NCBI GenBank assembly: GCA_030390025.1
Contig: CM059432.1
Span: forward strand, 1,488,001 to 1,552,000
Origin: Squalus acanthias
Lineage: Eukaryota
DNA length: 64,000 bases
Direction of reading: 5' to 3'
Numbering within the stretch: position 1 is the first letter of the stretch; every line of letters starts with the position of its first letter. Position numbers and translations under genes: made by a program. The notes beneath the pieces were generated by a model. The model saw only the letters and a list, made by a program, of their open reading frames with translations. It was not told the DNA's origin and did no database searches. This document shows positions 24,879-38,345 of this stretch, one piece after another.

Positions 24879-27800
24879 GTGTGGTCTCATCAGGGCCCTA
24901 TACAATTGCAGTAAGACATCTTTACTCTTATACTCAAATCCTCTTGTAATAAAAGCCAACATACCATTTGTTTTCTAATTGCTTGCTGTACCTGCATGTT
25001 AACTTTCAGTGATTCGTGTACAAGGACACCCAGGTCCCTCTGAATACCATTTCCCAATCTCTCACCATTTAAAAAATACTCTGCTTTTCTATTTTTCCTA
25101 CCAAAGTGGATAACTTCACATTTCTCCACATTATATTCCATTTGCCATGTTCTTGCCCACTCACTTAGCCTGTCTATATCCCCTTGAAGCCTCCTCACAA
25201 CTTACATTCCCACTCAGCTTTGTATCAGCAGCAAACTTGGATATATTACATTTTGTTCCCTCACCCAAATCATTGATGTAGATTGTGAGTAACTGAGGCC
25301 CAATCACTGATCCTTGTGGTACCCCACTAGTTACAGCCTGCCAACCCGAAAATGACCCGTTTATTCCTATTCTCTGTTTTCTGTCCGTTAACCAATCCTC
25401 AATCCATGCTAGTATATTACCCCCAATCCCATGAGCCCTAATTTTGCTTAATAACCTCTTGTGTGGCACCTTATCGAATGCCTTCTGAAAATCCAAATAC
25501 ACCACATCCACTGGTTCCCCTTTATCTATTCTGCTAGTTACAACCTCAAAAAACTCTTAATAGATTGGTCAAACACTATTTCCCTTTCATAAATCCACGT
25601 CGACTCTGCTCAATCCTATTATTATTTTTTTAAGTGCCCTGTTACCACGTCCTTTAGATTCTAGCATTTTCCCTAATACTAATGTCAGGCTAACTGGTCT
25701 GTAGTTCCGTTTTCTCTCCCTCCTTTCTTAAATAGTGGGGTTACATTTGCTACCTTCCAATCCGCAGGAACCGTTATAGAATCTATGGAATTTTGGAAAA
25801 TGACAACCAATGCATCCACTATCTCTATAGCCAACTCTTTCAAAACCCTAGGATGTAGGCCATCAGGTTCAGGGGATTTATTGGCTTTCAGTCCCATTAA
25901 TTTCTCCAGTACTATTTTTTTTTTACTAATACTAATTTCTTTCAGATCCTCATTCTCGCTAGACCCTTGGTTCTCCACTATTTCTGGGATGTTTTTTGCG
26001 TCTTCTTCTGTGAAGACAGACACAAAGTATGTGTTTAATTTCTCTGCCATTTCCTTATTCCCCATTATAATTTCTTCTGTCTCAGCCTGTAAGGGACCCA
26101 CATTTACTTTCACTAATCTTTTCCTTTTTACATACCTATAGAAGCTTTTACAGTCTGTTTTTATGTCTCTCGCTAGTTTACTCTCATATTCTATTTTCCC
26201 TTTCTTTATCAATTTCTTGGTCCTCCTTTGCTGAGTCTAAAATCCTCCCAATCCTCAGGCTTACTACTCTTTTTTGGCAACATTACAAGCCTCTTCCTTT
26301 GATCTAATACTATCTTTAACTTCTCGTTAGCCACAGTTGGACCACTTTTCCTGTGGGGGTTTTTGTGCCTTAAAAGGAATGTATATTTGTTGTAAATTAT
26401 GTATTAATTCTTTAAATGCTAGCCATTGCTTGTCTACCGTCATACCTTTGTAGTTTCCGAACCTACCGTAGCCAACTCGCCCCTCATACCTACATAGTTT
26501 GCTTTGTTTAGATTGAAGACCCTAGTTTCGGATTTAACTAAATCACTTTCAAACTGATTATAAAATTCTATCATATTATGGTCACTCTTCCCTAAAGGAC
26601 TCTTTACTACAAGGTTATTAATGAACCCTTTCTCATTGCACAATACTAGGTCTAAAATAGCCTGTTCCCTAATTGGTTCCTCAACATACTGAACTAGAAA
26701 ACTACCTTGTACACATTCCATGACGTCATCCCACTTTGCAACCACGTCTCCGTAATGGCTATTAGATCAAACCTGTTAATTTCTACCTGCGCTATTAATT
26801 CATCTATTTTGTTGCAAATGCTTCGCGCATTCAGATATAGTGCCTTTAGCTTTGAATTTTTTCTATTTTTCCCTGATGTCACCTTAGTCACTGATGCCCT
26901 ATTACCTTTGTTACTCTCTCTGTCCCTTCCTGAACCACTCTGCTTATTTTTACCCAAAACTCTACTCTGCTCTAGAGCCTTGACATTTCTCTTGCTGCTT
27001 TTAAATTTGTTCTTTCCTGAATCCTCCAACCTCCCCCGCTTCATTAGTTTAAAGCTCTGTCTAATGCCCCAGTTATTCGATTCGCTAGGACACTGGTTCC
27101 AGCCCAGTTTAAGTGGAGCCCGTCCCAACGGAACAGCTCCCTCTTTCCCCAGTACTGGTGCCAGTGGCCCACGAAGCAAAACTCCTGCCTCCCACACCAC
27201 TCTGAGTCACTCATTTAACCTTCTAATCGGTTTGTCCCTATGCCAATTGGTGCGTGGCTCAGGTAACAATCCAGAGATTATTACCTTTGAGGTTCTGCTT
27301 TTTAATTTGGACCCAAACTCCCTCAGCAGAACCTCATTCCTAGTTCTACCTATGTCGTTGGTTCCAACGTGAACCACGACAACTGGATCCTCCCCTACCC
27401 ACTCCAAGTTCTTCTCCAGCCGCGAGGAGATGTCTTTAACCCTGGCACCGGGCAGGCAACACAACCTTCGGAACTCCCGGTCGCGGCTGCAGAAAACTGT
27501 ATCTATCCCCCTGACTATACTGTCCCCTATCACAACTACATTCCCTTTCACTCCCCCCCACTTGAATGGCCATCTGCACCATGGTGCCATGGTCAGCTTG
27601 CTCATCCATCCTGCAGGCTTTTCCCTCATCCACACAGGCAGCAAGAACCTCATACCTGTTGGATAAGGGCAAAGGCTGAGGCTCCTCCAGCACTGCACCT
27701 GGGGTCCCCTTACCTGCCCGAGCTGCAGTCACACCCTCCTGTCCCTGACCACTACCTAACCTAAGGGATGTGACTACCTCCTGGATCAAAGTGTCCAGGT

Positions 27801-30302
27801 AACTCTCCCCATCCCTGATGCCCCGCAATGTCTGCCCCTCAGACTCCAGCTCAAAAACTCTGAGCTGAAGTTCCTCAAGATGCAGGCACTTGCTGCAAAC
27901 GTGATTGTCCGGGATCACAATGCTCTCCACAAACTCCCACATGCTGCAGTTGCGGCACACCACCTGCACTGCCATCCCTATATGACCTTGTTTTATTTAA
28001 TTAAATTTGTATTTAAGTAACTTAGTTTACAGTTTTGTTTCTTGACTAATTATTTGATCTAGATTAAATCATGGGTGAATTAAATTAAATATCTCCCTGT
28101 AACACAAAGCACGACAAGTAGTGGGGGCAAAAAGCAGCAACTCCTTCCCCCCTTCTCCGAATTCCCACTCTCCAAATTCACAAATAAAACATTGTTTAAG
28201 TGCACTTTGTTTAATACCACACTGTGCTTCTGCTCTTATACTCTAGGAGCCTCACCCAAGTTACAAGTGATGACTCAGCTCCCCTGCTCCTGGCGATTAG
28301 CGCCCATTCAAGACAAACACTTACAGCTGACTGACAGTTAACTGCCACTGGCAGGCAGCTTCTGTGAATTACAGGTTTTAAAGTTCTGGGTTAAAATCAA
28401 AATGTTAAAACTTTTTACAGCTACTACTCACCCAATACTTACCAGAGACTCCCACTCTCTCCAAATTCCCGAATAAAACACTGTTTAAGTGCACTCCGTT
28501 TAACACCACTCTCTCAATTAAGCACTTCTATTTGAATGGTTCAAAACATGACTTTTAAACTTAACATTTGTTATCTCTTTTTCAATACTTCAGTAACGAT
28601 TTTTTATCTCAATGCACAACTTCTCATATGTTCTAAAGGAACATTGCTGCGAATTATCCAAGATTAGCAAGGACTCTAGGATTACTATAGGCTCATGCCC
28701 CGACAGTTCAAAACTCTCTTTCCTGAAATAATGTTTTGAAAACAAAATCCCAATGCTGATGTTTAGCAAATTCCTGGTGTGGAGGAAATGTAGGCAATGG
28801 CTCAAGGCGGTTTAGCTGCACTAACATTGACTTTATCGTAGGTGAAAAGTTAGTTACAAGTATTACTGAAATCAATATATTCCATTATTTCTGAAGCTAA
28901 AATGTATTATGCAGACTTAATGTTCCGTGTTCACAGGGCAGACAAATTACAAAGTATACACACACAGGCATAATCTTAGAATAAGGGGCTGCCGTTTCAA
29001 AACTGAGATGAGGAGAAACTTCTTCACTCTGAGGGTAGTAAATCTATGGAATTGGCTACCTCAGAGCTGTGGAAGCTGCGACATTAAATAAATTTAAAAC
29101 GGAGATAGACAGTTTCCTAGCTGATAAGGGAATTAAGGGTTATGGGGAGCGGGCAGGGAAGTGGACGTGAGTCTAGGTTCGGATCAGCCATGATCCTATT
29201 GAATGGCGGAGCAGGCCCGAGGGGCCGTATGGCCGACTCCTGCTCCTACTTCTTATGTTCTTATCTTCACACACGGACCGATGCTCTGAGTCAGCAGGAT
29301 TAAAAGTTGTTCCCACCAGAAACAAGCTCCTATTCATCTCCATGGGGGAGGAAAATTTGCATTTAGAGAAATTCCAAATAAAAATCCCTGTGGATTTACA
29401 ATACTTCTATCAGGGATAAGGTTTTAAAGGTTGTTCATTTAAAAGGTTGGCTTCTATTTGCTGCAACTTACCCACAAGTGAATGCAAACAGTCTCCGAAA
29501 GTCCTCAAATTATTATAATTAAATTTCACGGCAGATATTTGGGATTATCAGGCTCAATTTCGGCACAGGTTTGATGAGCCGAATTGCCTCCTTCGTTCTA
29601 AGTTACAGAGAACACACTATACTCAAAATATGTACAACTGAATAAAGTCCTTAACCAAGTCATTGGTCAAGGAAGGGGGGGGGTGGTAGAAGAGAATATT
29701 TCACTTCAGTACCTTTTAAAGTTCACATTGTAGTTCCAACAACTTGCTCCGGTCGATTTCTCTCCCCTTCTGTTCTACAGGTTAGAATGGATAAAGAAAA
29801 TGAACGAGCCTTTAATCCATTTATCCCATTACACTCCATCTGCGTCCTGCTCACTGACACCATTTACACCAGTTCAGACTGGCCGTGGATTTGTAATAAT
29901 TTAATACCAATTAAACGGAACAATTGCGAGCTCGTCAATAAAGCTCCCCCCCCCCGATCGCTGAGCAGGTTAACAGTGAGTGGCTTAACCAGGAAGGTTC
30001 AATATGCGAACCCCAAGGCTGCACTTTGAGGCAGTGTCAATCGAGGCAGTAAGGCTGCAGTCCTATCGGCCTCAGTACCCTGGGTTAGGAAAGGAGCCCC
30101 GTCCCTGATCACTACCCAGCGATCACTGCTGAAAGTTCGCTTATGAGGATGTTGGGCAAGGACAAAGGGCTGGCTCAACTGTGACGCCTCTGTAGTGGGA
30201 CAGCCTGCCAGCACTTCCCCGCAAACGCTCATCCGTGAATAATGTGGCACCAGTGGGCAATCAGCAACCACGGAACTAGACCACAGCAAGATGGCCTTAC
30301 CA

Positions 30303-30511
30303 TCGTGAGAGGAGAGAGGAGGGGAGAGTTAAGGAGCGGAGAGAGAAGGGGAGGGGAGAGTTAGGGAGCAAAGAGAGTAGGGGGGGGTGAAGCGGAGAGA
30401 GGGGAGGGGAGAGAGGAGAGCGGAGAGTTGGGGAGGGGGAGAAGAGAGTTGGGGAGGGGGAGAGAGAAGGGGAGGGGAGAGTTAGGGAGCAAAGAGAGTA
30501 GGGGGGAGGGG
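30303..30511. repeat. Purine-rich (GA/GGA) low-complexity tandem repeat abutting the gap
   Basis: Repeated GAGAGAAGGGGAGGGGAGAGTTAGGGAGCAAAGAGAGTAGGGG units. Confidence 0.85.
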
Positions 30512-30711
30512 NNNNNNNNNNNNNNNNNNNNNNNNNNNNNNNNNNNNNNNNNNNNNNNNNNNNNNNNNNNNNNNNNNNNNNNNNNNNNNNNNNNNNNNNN
30601 NNNNNNNNNNNNNNNNNNNNNNNNNNNNNNNNNNNNNNNNNNNNNNNNNNNNNNNNNNNNNNNNNNNNNNNNNNNNNNNNNNNNNNNNNNNNNNNNNNNN
30701 NNNNNNNNNNN
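30512..30711. other. Assembly gap (200 N)
   Basis: Run of n characters. Confidence 1.
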
Positions 30712-31731
30712 CAAAACTGTACCCAATACTCCAGGTGTGGTCTCACCAGGGCCCTATATAATTGCAGTAAGACGTCTTTACTCTTATACTCAAATCCTCT
30801 TGTAATAAAGGCCAACGTACCATTTGCTTTCCTAATTGCTTGCTGTACCTGCATGTTAACTTTCAGTGACATAACCTTAAAATGAGAGCCAGGCCGTTCA
30901 GGGGTGATGTCAGGAAGCACTTCTTCACACAAAGGGTGGTGGAAATCTGGAACTCTCTCCCACAAAAAGCTGTTGAGGCTGAGGGGTCAATCGAAAATAT
31001 CAAAACTGAGATTGATCGATTTTTGTTGGGTAAGGGTATTAAGGGTTAGGGAACTAAGGCAAGTAAATGGAGTTAAGATACAGATCAGCCATGATCTAAT
31101 TGAATGGTGGAACAGGCTCAAGGGGCCGAATGGCCTCCTCCTGTTCCCTTTCAGTTTTCTCGCGTGGCTCCCTCATTGTCTCTTCTATAAATTTGATAAC
31201 AGCAATGCAATTTCATAAATCAATTACATAGAAGATAGGAGCAGGAGTAGGCCATTCGGCCCCTCGAGCCTGCTCCGCCATTCAATGCGATCATGGCTGA
31301 TCATCCAAATTCAGTACCCTGTCCCTGCTTTCTATATATCTGTATCTACATATATGCATATACACACACACACTGATGTATCCTATCCCACTGACCAACT
31401 GCATGGATGACATGCATATTTATTGTGAAGCACAATAGTACACCTGAGGAAACAGCAAAATAATGTACATCTGCCGCACGAAAAGGTATTTCTAACAAAC
31501 ATCTTGTTTGAAAGGTCCAAGATACTCTTCCTCTGTTCTTGCCCTCATATTGGGACTCTCCCAAATTTTCCTCTCCCATTGCAGACATAATGGTGAAATT
31601 GCCGACTGCAAATCAAGCAAATGTGCACCTCACAGAGAGTCTATGTTCTTCAGTTCTGGTTTGGTGCCGAGTTCTGGAGGCACCTCGGAATTAAATGACC
31701 TGGATATATTAAAGATTAGAACGATCCAAGT

Positions 31732-32300
31732 CTATCTCTGTAACCTCCTCCAACCCAACAACCCCCCGAGATCTCTGCGCTCCTCTAATTCTGGCCTCTT
31801 GAGCATCCCCGATTTCCATCGCTCCACCATTGGCGGCCGTGCCGTCAGCCGTCTAGGTCCTAAGCTCTGGAATTCCCTCCCTAAACCTCTCCGCCTCTCG
31901 CTCCTCCTTTAAGATGCTCCTTAAAGCCTCTCTCTTTGACCCAGCTTTTGGTCACCTGTCCCGATATCTCCTTATGTGACTTGGTGTCAAATTTTGTTTG
32001 ATAATCGCTCCTGTGAAGCGCCTTGGGACGTTTTACTACGTTAAAGGCGCTATATAAATACAAGTTGTTGCTGTTTAATTGTCCTGGCCAATATTTATCC
32101 CTCAATTAACGCAACAAAAACAGATGATCTGGTCATTATCACGTTGCTGTTTGTGGGAGCTTGCTGTGCGAATTGCTGCTTGTTTCCTACATTACAACAG
32201 TGACTCCACTTCAAAAATGTACTTCATTGGCTGTAAAGCGCTTTGCGACTGTCCAGTGGTCATGAAAGGCGCTGTAGAAATGCAAGTCTTTCTTTTTATT
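31732..32300 (+). mobile_element. L2 3' end followed by a Deu-SINE 3' fragment
   Basis: Matches the other L2 tails (to about 32075), then the SINE core and tail. Confidence 0.8.
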
Positions 32301-32576
32301 CTTGCATAGAAAAGGGAAGACTAGATTTAACGAGAAGATCTCAGTTAGACATGGGCCATCTCCAGGAAATGTGCAACCAACCACATCCCTAATGCCCCTG
32401 TATCTCACAGCAACTTCAGCCCACCCTTACCCCTGTGGACTTCCTTGACTTTTACAAACAAACAGTTACTTTAGCCACGTTTGGGGTTAGGAATGCTTCT
32501 TCAAACGGATAGATCACATTTACAACAAAATCTACGAATTGTCACACCTCTGCGAATTCGTGTGAAAAGCAGTTAC

Positions 32577-32621
32577 CTTAAAAAGCGGTCCTTCAAACCG
32601 TTGCACCATTTTATACATTCC
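32577..32621 (-). CDS. OSBPL1A: OSBPL1A coding exon 8 (start of PH domain)
   Basis: 45 nt; GMYKMVQRFEGPLFK, cf. VIYKALKRYEGPLWK; TTTTTAG acceptor, GTAACT donor. Confidence 0.9.
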
Positions 32622-32871
32622 CTAAAAAGAATGATGAACTGTTGTCAGTTGCACTATTTGCCCCGCACGGTCATTTAAAACAAATTACGCCTTTTAAAAC
32701 AATTGCCTAGGATTTATGCTCTTTCGGAAATTCTGCTAGTAATACATAGTTTATAATAACTGGATTTTTAAACAGCTCCGCACAAAATCATTACCCATTC
32801 AGAAATTGTTCTCGTATTGCAGTGTTCTGCCAAAGCACGTTCAAATCTGTCTTTTGAATGAGACCTTAAAC

Positions 32872-33830
32872 TCAGTGCTGCACTGTCGGAGGTGCCGTCT
32901 TTCGGATGAGACATTAAACCGAGGCCCCGTCTGCTCTCTCAGGTGGACGTAAAAGATCCCACGGCACTATTCTGAAGAAGAGCAGGGGGAGTTATCCCCC
33001 GGTGTCCTGGCCAATATTTATCCCTCAACCAACATCATTAAAACAGATTATCTGGTCATTATCACATTGCTGTTTGTGGGAGCTTGTTGTGCGCAAATTG
33101 GCTGCCGCGTTTCCCACATTACAACAGTGACTACACTTCAAAAAGTATAGTGTCAGTTGTGGCTCAGTGGGTCGCACACTCGCCTCGGAGTCAGAAGGTT
33201 GTGGGTTCAAGTCCCACTCCAGGGACTTGAGCACATAAAGTTAGGCTGACAATCCAGTGCAGTACTGAGCCTCCGACAATGCGGCGCTCCCTCAGTACTG
33301 CCCCTCCGACAGTGCAGCGCTCCCTCAGTACTGACCCTCCGACAGTGCGGCGCTCCCTCAGTACTGCCCCTCCGACAGTGCAGCGCTCCCTCAGTACTGC
33401 CCCTCCGACAGTGCGGCGCTCCCTCAGTACTGCCCCTCCGACAGTGCAGCGCTCCCTCAGTACTGCCCCTCCGACAGTGCGGCGCTCCCTCAGTACTGCC
33501 CCTCCGACAGTGCAGCGCTCCCTCAGTACTGCCCCTCTGACAGTGCAGCGCTCCCTCAGTACTGCCCCTCCGACAGTGCAGCGCTCCCTCAGTACTGACC
33601 CTCCGGCAGTGCAACGCTCCCTCAGTACTGCCGCTCCGACAGTGCAGCGCTCCCTCAGTACTGCCCCTCTGACAGTGCAGCACTCCCTCAGTACTGCCCC
33701 TCCGACAGTGCAGGGCTCCCTCAGTACTGCCCCTCCGATAGTGCGGCGCTCCCTCAGTACTGCCCCTCAGACAGTGCACCGTTCCCCGAGTACGGCCCCA
33801 GGAGTGTCAGCCTAGATTATGTGCTCAAGT
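32872..33830. mobile_element. Deu-SINE cluster: + fragment, + head, inverted 33-bp array and inverted partial head
   Basis: About 16 units of CAGTACTGCCCCTCCGACAGTGCRGCGCTCCCT at about 33270-33800. Confidence 0.85.
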
Positions 33831-34194
33831 CAAGAGAGTGAAACAGGCTTTCACACCCTTCTGGACTATCAGACAGAGAGCAAGTTGTTCACTTTACACT
33901 GTATCCAAATTGGCCACCAAGTGATGGAGATTTTGAAGTGACGTCTCCTTTAAAAGGCTTTCCACAAGCAGTAGTGATCTTGGTTTTATTACTGGGATCC
34001 CTCTTGCACATTGCCACAATGTTAGCAGTGGCATTTTTGATACCAAGTTCGTGCCTTTATATGGAATTTCCAAATGAGTTTTCCTGGAATAAAATTGGGT
34101 CATTCACAGCCTCACACGGCCAGTTAGGGAATAGTTCAGGGATTTATAAACAACAAAAATGTTCCAAAAGGATTTGAGGGATAGACAGACAAAC

Positions 34195-34262
34195 CTGGTT
34201 TGATTTTCCACCAAGAATTTGCTTGATTTCTGCGCCACGGGCCAGATCCAATGGCACTTGGT
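34195..34262 (-). CDS. OSBPL1A: OSBPL1A coding exon 7
   Basis: 68 nt; (N)QVPLDLARGAEIKQILGGKSNQ, cf. DQKPLDLAQGAEMKHILVGNK of mammalian ORP1L; TTTTAACAG acceptor, GTTTGT donor. Confidence 0.92.
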
Positions 34263-34369
34263 CTGTTAAAAGAAAATACAGGAAAGATTAGAAGGTTCTG
34301 TAGCTGCGATTACTGGTGCATCACGTTGGAATGACCGTGTGTGGGAGGGAGTCCGAAACTATGGGGCCA

Positions 34370-34920
34370 TAAGAACAAGAACTTATATAGCACCTTTAAC
34401 ATAGTAAAACATCCCAAGGCACTGCACAGGAGCGATTATCAGACAAATTTTGACACCGAGCCACATAAGGAGATATTAGGACAGGTGACCAAAAGCTTGG
34501 TCAAAGAGGTCGGTTTTAAGGAGCATCTTAAAGGAGGAGAGAGAGGCGGAGAGGTTTAGGGAGGGAATTCCAGAGTTTAGGGCCCAGGCAGCTGAAGGCA
34601 CGGCCGCCAATGGTGGAGCGATGGGAATCGGGGATGCTCAAGAGGCCAGAATTGGAGGAGCGCAGAAATCTCGGAGGGTTGGAGGAGGTTACAGAGATCT
34701 CGGGGGGTTGTGGGGCTGGAGGAGGTTACAGAGATCTCGGAGGGTTGTAGGGCTGGAGGAGGTTACAGAGATCTCGGAGGGTTGTAGGGCTGGAGGAGGT
34801 TACAGAGATCTTGGAGGGTTGTAGGGCTGGAGGAGGTTACAGAGATCGGGAGGGTTGTAGGGCTGGAGGAGGTTACAGAGATAGGGAGGTTTGTAGGGCT
34901 GGAGGAGGTTACAGAGATAG
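34370..34920 (-). mobile_element. L2 3' end with internal ~37-bp tandem expansion
   Basis: Unit GAGATCTCGGAGGGTTGTAGGGCTGGAGGAGGTTACA repeated about 7 times at about 34665-34920. Confidence 0.85.
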
Positions 34921-34967
34921 TCACTAACAAATCCAATAGGAAATTCAGAAGAAACTTCTTTACTCAG

Positions 34968-35567
34968 AACATAAGAACTAGGAGCAGGAGTAGACCATAC
35001 GGCCCCTCGAGCCTGCTCCGCCATTCAATAAGATCATGGCTGATCATCCACCTCAACTCTACTTTCCCGCCCGATCTCCATATCCCTCGATTCCCCTAGA
35101 GTCCAAAAATCTATCCATCTCAGCCTTGAATATACTCAAAGACTCAGCATTCACAGCCCTCTGAGGCAGAGAATTCCAAAGATTCACAACCCTCTGAGTG
35201 AAGAAATTCCTACTCATCTCAGTCTTAAATGGCCTATCCCTTATCCGGAGATTATGCCCCCTAGTTCTAGACACTCCAGCCAGGGGAAACAACCTCTCAG
35301 CATCTACCCTGTCAATCCCCTTCAGAATCTTGTATGTTTCAATGAGATGACCTCTCATTCGTCTAAACTCCAGAGAGTATAGGCCCAATCTACACAATCT
35401 CTCATCATAGGACAGCCCTCTCATCCCAGGAATCAATCGATTGCACCGCCTCCAAGGCAAGTATATCCTTCCTTAGATAAGGAGACCAAAACTGTGCACA
35501 GTACTCCAGGTGTGGTCTCACCAAGGCCCTGTACAATTGTAGCAAGACTTCCTTACTCTTATACTCA
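34968..35567 (-). mobile_element. CR1 3' fragment
   Basis: ORF 35059-35460, CR1 C-terminal peptide. Confidence 0.85.
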
Positions 35568-36599
35568 GAGAGTGGTGAGAATGTGGAACTCGCTACCACA
35601 GGGTGTAGTTGAGGCGAATAGCACAGATGCATTTAAGGGGAAGCTAGATAAACACTGAGGGAGAAAGGAATAGAAGGATATGCTGATAGGGTTTAATTGG
35701 AAAAGTTTCTACTTCTTCAGATCGATTCCACCTTTTCCTAGTCTAGATTTCTTTTTTCCCACTCCTGCCTCAGCTCATCTTGCAGCTGAAACCCTCATCC
35801 GTGCCTTTGTTACCTCTAGTCTTGACTATTCCAACGCACTCCTGGCCGGCCTCTCAATTTCTACCCTCTGTAAACTTGGTCATCCAAAACTCGGCTGCCC
35901 GTGTCCTAACTTGCACCAAGTCCCGTTCACCCATCGCCCCCTGTGCTCGCTGACCCACATTGGCTCCCGGTTAAGCAATGCCTCGATTTTAAAATTCTCA
36001 TCCTGGTTTTCAAATTTTAGAACTATCGATTTCTTCAAAGCTTAACTGCCCCCAATTCTTACACATATTTACAGCTCCATGATTTTTTATAGAAATACGC
36101 TCTCCAAAATTTACACACACATTTACCATCCCAATTTTTGTAGAGATTTATTTAGTAGGCTTTAGAAAGATCTACCTTGTACTGTTCCTAATTTTATCCA
36201 GGTTTTACTGTTCCTGATTGCTTTTTCTCCAGCCTTGTTCTGCTTAAAGACAGCAGATGATCAGATATACAGAAAGGCAGTCAGTCAGTCAGTCATGTAA
36301 CGTTAGTTCAAAAGCAGAGCAAGGCGGAATACAAAACAGAAAACTCCCACAGCGCTACCTACAGGAAAAATTGGTATTGCAGGTAAATGTGGACAGTTTT
36401 GCAATTAATTTTCTCAGAGATCAGAGTTTTCAATGCGTTTTAAAATGGAATGAGATGACCTAACAGATTAAACACTGGACCATCACATTTCACATTAAAA
36501 CCCTTTTACTACTAGTTAAACTAACAACCCATGGTCTTGCATCAATCTGTCTTGAGAGCATTCTTTATACTCCAGACAGCAGGTTCCAGGGAATACAGT

Positions 36600-38345
36600 T
36601 AAGCGGATAGACTGGAGAAGCTGAGGTTGTTCTCCTTGGAGCAGAGATGATTGAGGGGAGATTTGATAGAGGTGTTTAAAATCATGAAGGGTTCCGATAG
36701 AGTAAATAAAAAGAGAAACTGTTTCCAATGGCTGAAGGGTCGATAACCAGAGGACACAGATTTAAGGTGATTGGCAAAAGAACCGGAGGCGACAGGAGGG
36801 AAAACTTTTTGACGCAACGAGTGGTTAGGATTTGGAATGCGCTGCCTGATAGGGCGGTGGAGACAGAGTCAATAGTAGCCTTCAAAAGGGAATTGGATAA
36901 ATACCTGAAGGAGAAAAATGTACAGGGTCATGGGGAAAGAGCGGAGGAGCGGGACTAACTGGATTGCTTCTCGAAAGAGCCGGCGCAGACTCGATGGGCC
37001 GAATGGCCTCCTTCTGTGCTGCGCTATTCGATGATTCTATTCTATGATTCAGACAGGACCGGAACGGTGGCCTTAAACAAACTGCTCAGGTCAGCAGCTG
37101 AATATCACAAGCGTACTCCAGATCGCAAACTATAAATCGGTAAAGAACACCACGGGAAATCAAATTCATTGTTCTTTTAACTTTGCAATCACGCGTAGCC
37201 GCGTAAAGATGTAGATTTACAGAAGGTATAATCTTAAGATTTCTAAAGGAAAGTCCTGAAGGTGTAAATGAAGCCAAACTACATGCACTACAAAGCTGCA
37301 AAACACTAGGTTCAGATAGTCAAGTCTTATTTCTAGTACTAAACCATGACCATTTGGATAATAGAATCTACAGCACCAAAAACAGGTCCAACTGGTCCGT
37401 GCCGGTGTTTCTGCTCCACACAAGCCTCCTCCCACCCCTCTTCATCTCACCCCATCAACTTATCCTTCTATTCCTTTCTCTCTCATATGCTTGTCTAGCT
37501 TCCCCATAAATACATCTATACTATTCCCTTCAACCACTCCCTGTGGTAGCGAGTTCCACATTCTCACCACTCTGGGTAAAGAAGTTTCTCCTGAATTCCC
37601 TATTGGATTTATTAGTGACTATCTTATATTGATGGCCCCTGGTTTTGGATTCCCATTTCATAAGTTGTAACAGACATTCTGCGCTTCATCGATCCACATT
37701 TATAAATGACATGATAGGGCAGTTTCACTAAAAGTAGAGAAAAGAGGTCATCACTGCTCCTTGTACCACGCTCGAAGGAGCTGCATAAACACACACGATG
37801 CCTTAACCTACCTGCACATTTTTCAACAGTCAGCAAGAGTTTATAAGAACACTAAGACACGCTGTATGTCAGCAAAGCCACTGACAGCTAAACAGTTTGC
37901 ATAGATTTACACAGTATTTATAGCACAGAAACAGGCCATTCGGCCCAACTGGTCCGTGCCGGTGTTTCTGCTCCACACGAGCCCCCTCCCACCCCTCTTC
38001 ATCTCACCCCATCACCATGTCCTTCTATTCCTCTCTCCCTCATGTGTTTATTTAGCTTCCCCTTAAATCCATCTATACTGTTCGCCTCAACCACTCCCTG
38101 TGGTAGCGAGTTCCACATTCTCACCACTCTCTGGGTAAAGAAGTTTCTCCTGAATTCCCGATTGGATTTATTAGTGATTATCTTATATTGATGGCCCCTA
38201 GTTCTGGCCTGCACCGCAAGTGGAAACATCTTCTCTGCATCTACCCTATCGAACCCCTTCATAATCTTAAAGACCTCTAACAGGTCACCCCTCAGTCTTC
38301 TCTTTTCTAGAGAAAAAAGCCCCAGCCTGTTCAATCTTTCCTGAT
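36600..38345. mobile_element. Cluster of CR1 3' ends (36600-37050 +; 37370-37655 -; 37905-38345 -)
   Basis: NFFTQRVV..WNSLP peptides and GGGCCGAATGGCC tails. Confidence 0.8.

Larger units (their letters stand above)
23910..28200 (-). mobile_element. Near-full-length degenerate CR1 LINE (ORF1 zinc finger + esterase, ORF2 with internal deletion and frameshifts) carrying two nested insertions
   Basis: ORF1 MAVQVVCRNCSMWEF...CSKCLHL and VIGDSIVRG...HVGTND; ORF2 fragments LNARSI, YLDFQKAFD, GVPQGS. Confidence 0.9.

Noticed and set aside
30297..30965. ORFs spanning the N gap
   Set aside because: Artefacts of N translation joined to CR1 fragments and low-complexity sequence.
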